DNA of 59,522 nt, counting the filler, from Sphacelaria rigidula (Eukaryota), in NCBI GenBank assembly GCA_964200075.2. It is 4 parts of 4 records of this genome, joined end to end, with 100 filler letters (N's around TTAATTAATTAA, not from the genome) between each part and the next. Parts side by side here need not be neighbours in the genome. Positions count along the whole stretch, not along the records: positions 44,719 to 59,522 come from CAXNAA020002039.1; 3 more parts are not named here. One strand, 5' to 3'. Below are positions 56,014 through 59,522 of this stretch, in pieces; within the stretch, counting starts at the first letter, position 1; each line of letters starts with the position of its first letter. The position numbers and the translations under genes were made by a program. Below the pieces are notes generated by a model, which saw nothing but the letters and a program-made list of their open reading frames with translations, was not told the origin of the DNA and did not search any database.

Positions 56014-59000
56014 TACTGGCTTGCAAGATCGCCAATTCATCCCTCTTCATGCGGCTATGGGTTTACTACTCTCCACAAGTAGTACACGACCGACGCCGAC
56101 ACAAATCACGCGTGCTTGTTTCGCAATGTTGCTTCTATTGAGTACTGTGAACCCGGAGACCAAGTGATCAGGTCGCTCTGCCCTCCGCTTTCATCACACC
56201 ACAGCGATCCCTCGCAGGCAGTGCACGATGGGTAAGAAGAGAACACTTGCGCGTGTCACGTAATACTGATTGCCGCCAATGTATGTGGGATCGTGTAGCG
56301 TACACGGGTCACGATTCATGAAAGATAGCTAATGCTGCACAAGTGATGCTGACCGGACTGCCGATGTGCAGCATAGCAACCTCCTCTTGTTCCATCCGGC
56401 CATTGCCATGAGTACCGACTTCAAACACTGCACGAAACCCATGAGACAAGAAAGTCTTACTCAATGGTGGTTCTCATGATTTCATGCGGGATGAGCAACC
56501 GGAAGGAGGGTTACAAGTCTTGGCCTGTGTGTGTGACGGCAGTCAACCGCCCGGAAGCACAAGCACATGCCAAAGGCACATATATAAAAAAAATCTGCTT
56601 GACGCTCACTACCAATATACAAGGTCGGTAACCCCTCCGTTCCATCTGGCCCCAGTCCACCCCACTGTCATGGGTTCGCCTGACCCCCCAAACGGGGCAA
56701 AAAGAAGTGCCACCGACCAAAAACACGAAGAGAACGCAGATCTCGTTCATCCACTGATGATGCGCGCCGTAAAAGCACCCGAAGTACTTGTGATTTGAGT
56801 AGGGTTTCCACTTCACGATTCCCCATTATCGTCGTCCCGGACTATGAACCATGGCGTGCCTCAGCTACTCGCCACCGTGCTTTTGTCCAAGCTATAATCT
56901 GACATATTTGTGTTGACCAAGGAACGAATGATGATGGAAAAAATCGCAAAAAAAACGTTTTTTTTTTTCATTTCATTCGTTATAGAACTCGGGATCCTGG
57001 TGAGATGAAAAACAATATTTTTCTGGTACGTTTTTTATGTGACCACGGCTGGATCCCTGGGGTTACTTGAAGCGGCGACAATCGAATCATATAAAAAAAA
57101 CCCATCAAGTTCGATACTTGCTGAAGGTGGACCAGATCTCAACACGAGGTATGGGTAAAGTCTTGGAATACCCGGGTAGATTGGAAACGGCCTCAAGTAC
57201 TATTCCCAAATTTTGCTTAGATCGGGTTCGACCTAAAGTACTCTGAGTGGGTATGATGTCAATACCGATCTATCCCCAAATATTGGGTAAGCTGGGTACG
57301 ATCTCTCTTACCCCACCCAAGTTTTGGGTATATTGCGTATAATTTCAATTAAACTCCAACCAAGTTTTGGGTAGATGATGTGTAATTTCAATCGACACTT
57401 TCTACTATAGCCCCCGCCCTCCTCTACTGAAAAAAATGCCTGGTTTGAGGAGGCAACATCTGCACGTAAATTGAAATGGACACGGCCGAGCACAACAAGC
57501 AGCTGGGAATTCCCACGCTGGGCTTCGTTCTCGCCAAAGTCGTCCATATGAGGCGCTGTAAGATCAATATTTTCAAAACATTTTTGGGCTGGTTTCGGGG
57601 GGGGGTCCATCGTAGAAAGTGTCAATTCTCCACACATTTGTTTGGGTACGAGGAGCTTGTCTTTTCAAGCTACTGGGTATCGTTATACCCTATCTCACCT
57701 GCCCTCGGAATTGATGTTTTTTTGACGAGATGATGCCGTGCGGGAGTGCTGATTCAATCCTGGAAACCTGTACCGGGGAGAGGTGTGTTGATCCCTCGAG
57801 ACCATGGACTCGTTCCGAGGGAGAGGAGCGGTTGGAAATGTGGCAAAAAAAGAATTAGGGAAGGGACAGCATACATCATACTAGAGAGAGGTACAACAAA
57901 ATAGGATTCCATAGTTACGGCAGTCGAACGGCCGGCTCTCCCAGCATAAAGGCGCCCTTTGAATCACCCGGCACCAAATGCAAGGCTTGACCCTGAATCA
58001 TTGCCCGCATGAATCACACGCGCTAACCCCGCGTACATGTGAACCGCATCAGCGTGCGTGTTTGAGTGTGTGTGTGCACCCACTTCAGGAACAAAAAAGT
58101 GAGCACGATAGGCCATCGCACAGCGCAGCAATCTCCATTTTCTATGAACAGCAGGTCTACAGGCAGTACAGTCAGTGTGCTATGATCCGGAGTTCCGTGC
58201 GCAAGGATAATTCCTGCCATTCCATCAACAGACATGAGGTGGATCTGTATGTACAACTTGTTGGGTAACGTCCTCTAAAGATATGATGAGAACGCGTGAA
58301 GTTGCGGGCAGATGTATATATTTCTTCACGCGGCGATGCGCCGACTGTCCTGTTCTGGCTGTCATACATTTTCCCACGGTTTTGAAGACTCTGTCTCTAA
58401 TTTCCGGAAAGAAATCCCAAATCAACTAACTGGAGAAGAAGCTAGAACCTGGCCCGAACTGTGCGAAACGGGACCCTTTCGTTCTCCTGCCTGAACCTCG
58501 AGAAGCTCTTCCCGCCAGCGCCAAATGCTCTAAGTGGACTTCCGCGTCGGCGTTATGGCAGCCCATGGTGCCATACAAGCAAAGTGCGCGTCATAACGAT
58601 GACCACAGGTTTTGCGGTGTAGATTTTTCAACCAAATAAATTTTCCAGGTGCCGTTTCAATTATGGTCCCCACCACGTCGGTATAGTTTTCAAGGCCGTG
58701 GAAAAGGCCACCAAGCTTCAACGAGCGGGGGTAGTCGCTGCATATCTCGAAAGTTGCTGAAACTTGCACAGAACCTGTGCGGGTGATCACAACACGTGCA
58801 CGCTATACGGTTTTACGTTTGGCGATTTCGGGCCTTGCTCAGGCTGGTTTGACCAGAATCATTGAGCACCACGTCCTTGCAGGTATTTTGACGTTGACTC
58901 ATCCGTACAACCATCGCTTTGTTTCGTCACTATTACCCGAGTGCGCAACACAGCTGGACGACCGGGAACATGTAGTGGTCTACTAAGTCCTCGTCATGGT

Positions 59001-59522
59001 ACTGCGGGTTTATAAAAGACACGGCCGTTGTCGAGTTGTCCCGCCCAAAGCTTTTGCATCGCCGCGGACCTCTCCGAAGCTATCACATGATGAGTACTTT
59101 TCGTGCTGGCAGTTTGAACAATTGAAGGATAACTGTGCCTCACGACGTGCCGGTACAACTGCGTGACCACGTATATGCAATGTATATCACCCTGTCGATA
59201 CTGTAATGCCACCCGGCTTTTCATTTTGCAAACTAATTCGTAGCCGACTTGTATCTGTGATCTGCAAGCCCTGACTCCTGTATTCCAGCACGTATCGATA
59301 TGTTGGGTCTCTTTTTCACTAGTTTCTGCAACACATGAATTTTGCTTTTGCTTTATACCAGTGCTTTTTTTACCCGATCCGAAATGCCATAGTGTAGGGG
59401 ATAGTCTCTTCTCTGGAATCATCCACGGTTGGGACAAATCATCACGACTCAAAATCACCAAATTCACGATTTCTTCGGCTGATTGCCCAAAAGGGAGAGA
59501 AAGTTGATCGCTGGTCCAAGGG

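Noticed and set aside
56280..59522. ORFs of 60-157 aa at the end of contig 4
   Set aside because: No recognisable motifs or exon-like codon bias; may be decayed TE coding sequence, which needs BLASTx to decide.

Overview
Eukaryotic, intron- and transposon-rich nuclear DNA, most consistent with a brown alga or related stramenopile (inferred from short GC-rich exons, 0.4-2.7 kb introns and repeat style). The window is NOT one locus. It is four contigs of 14807, 14806, 14805 and 14804 bp joined by artificial 100-bp N44-TTAATTAATTAA-N44 linkers, so adjacency between contigs means nothing. Contig 1 (1-14807) carries 10 internal exons (549 codons) of DNA topoisomerase IB, including the catalytic Tyr. 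Contig 2 (14908-29713) carries 5 internal exons of the RNA polymerase III largest subunit, including the NADFDGD active site and one GC-AG intron. Contig 3 (29814-44618) holds a decayed Ty1/Copia element with nested DNA-transposon insertions, and the terminal exon of a small protein resembling the FLASH/CASP8AP2 N-terminal coiled coil. Contig 4 (44719-59522) has no recognisable gene, only palindromic, tandem, foldback repeats and SINE/MITE remnants. No CRISPR array, operon or intact new enzyme system could be supported. The best leads are the FLASH-like exon, a dispersed hairpin plus telomere-like-tract element, tRNA-headed SINEs with a shared core, and paired palindromic 44-bp arrays. All identifications are by eye from recalled motifs; no searches were run.
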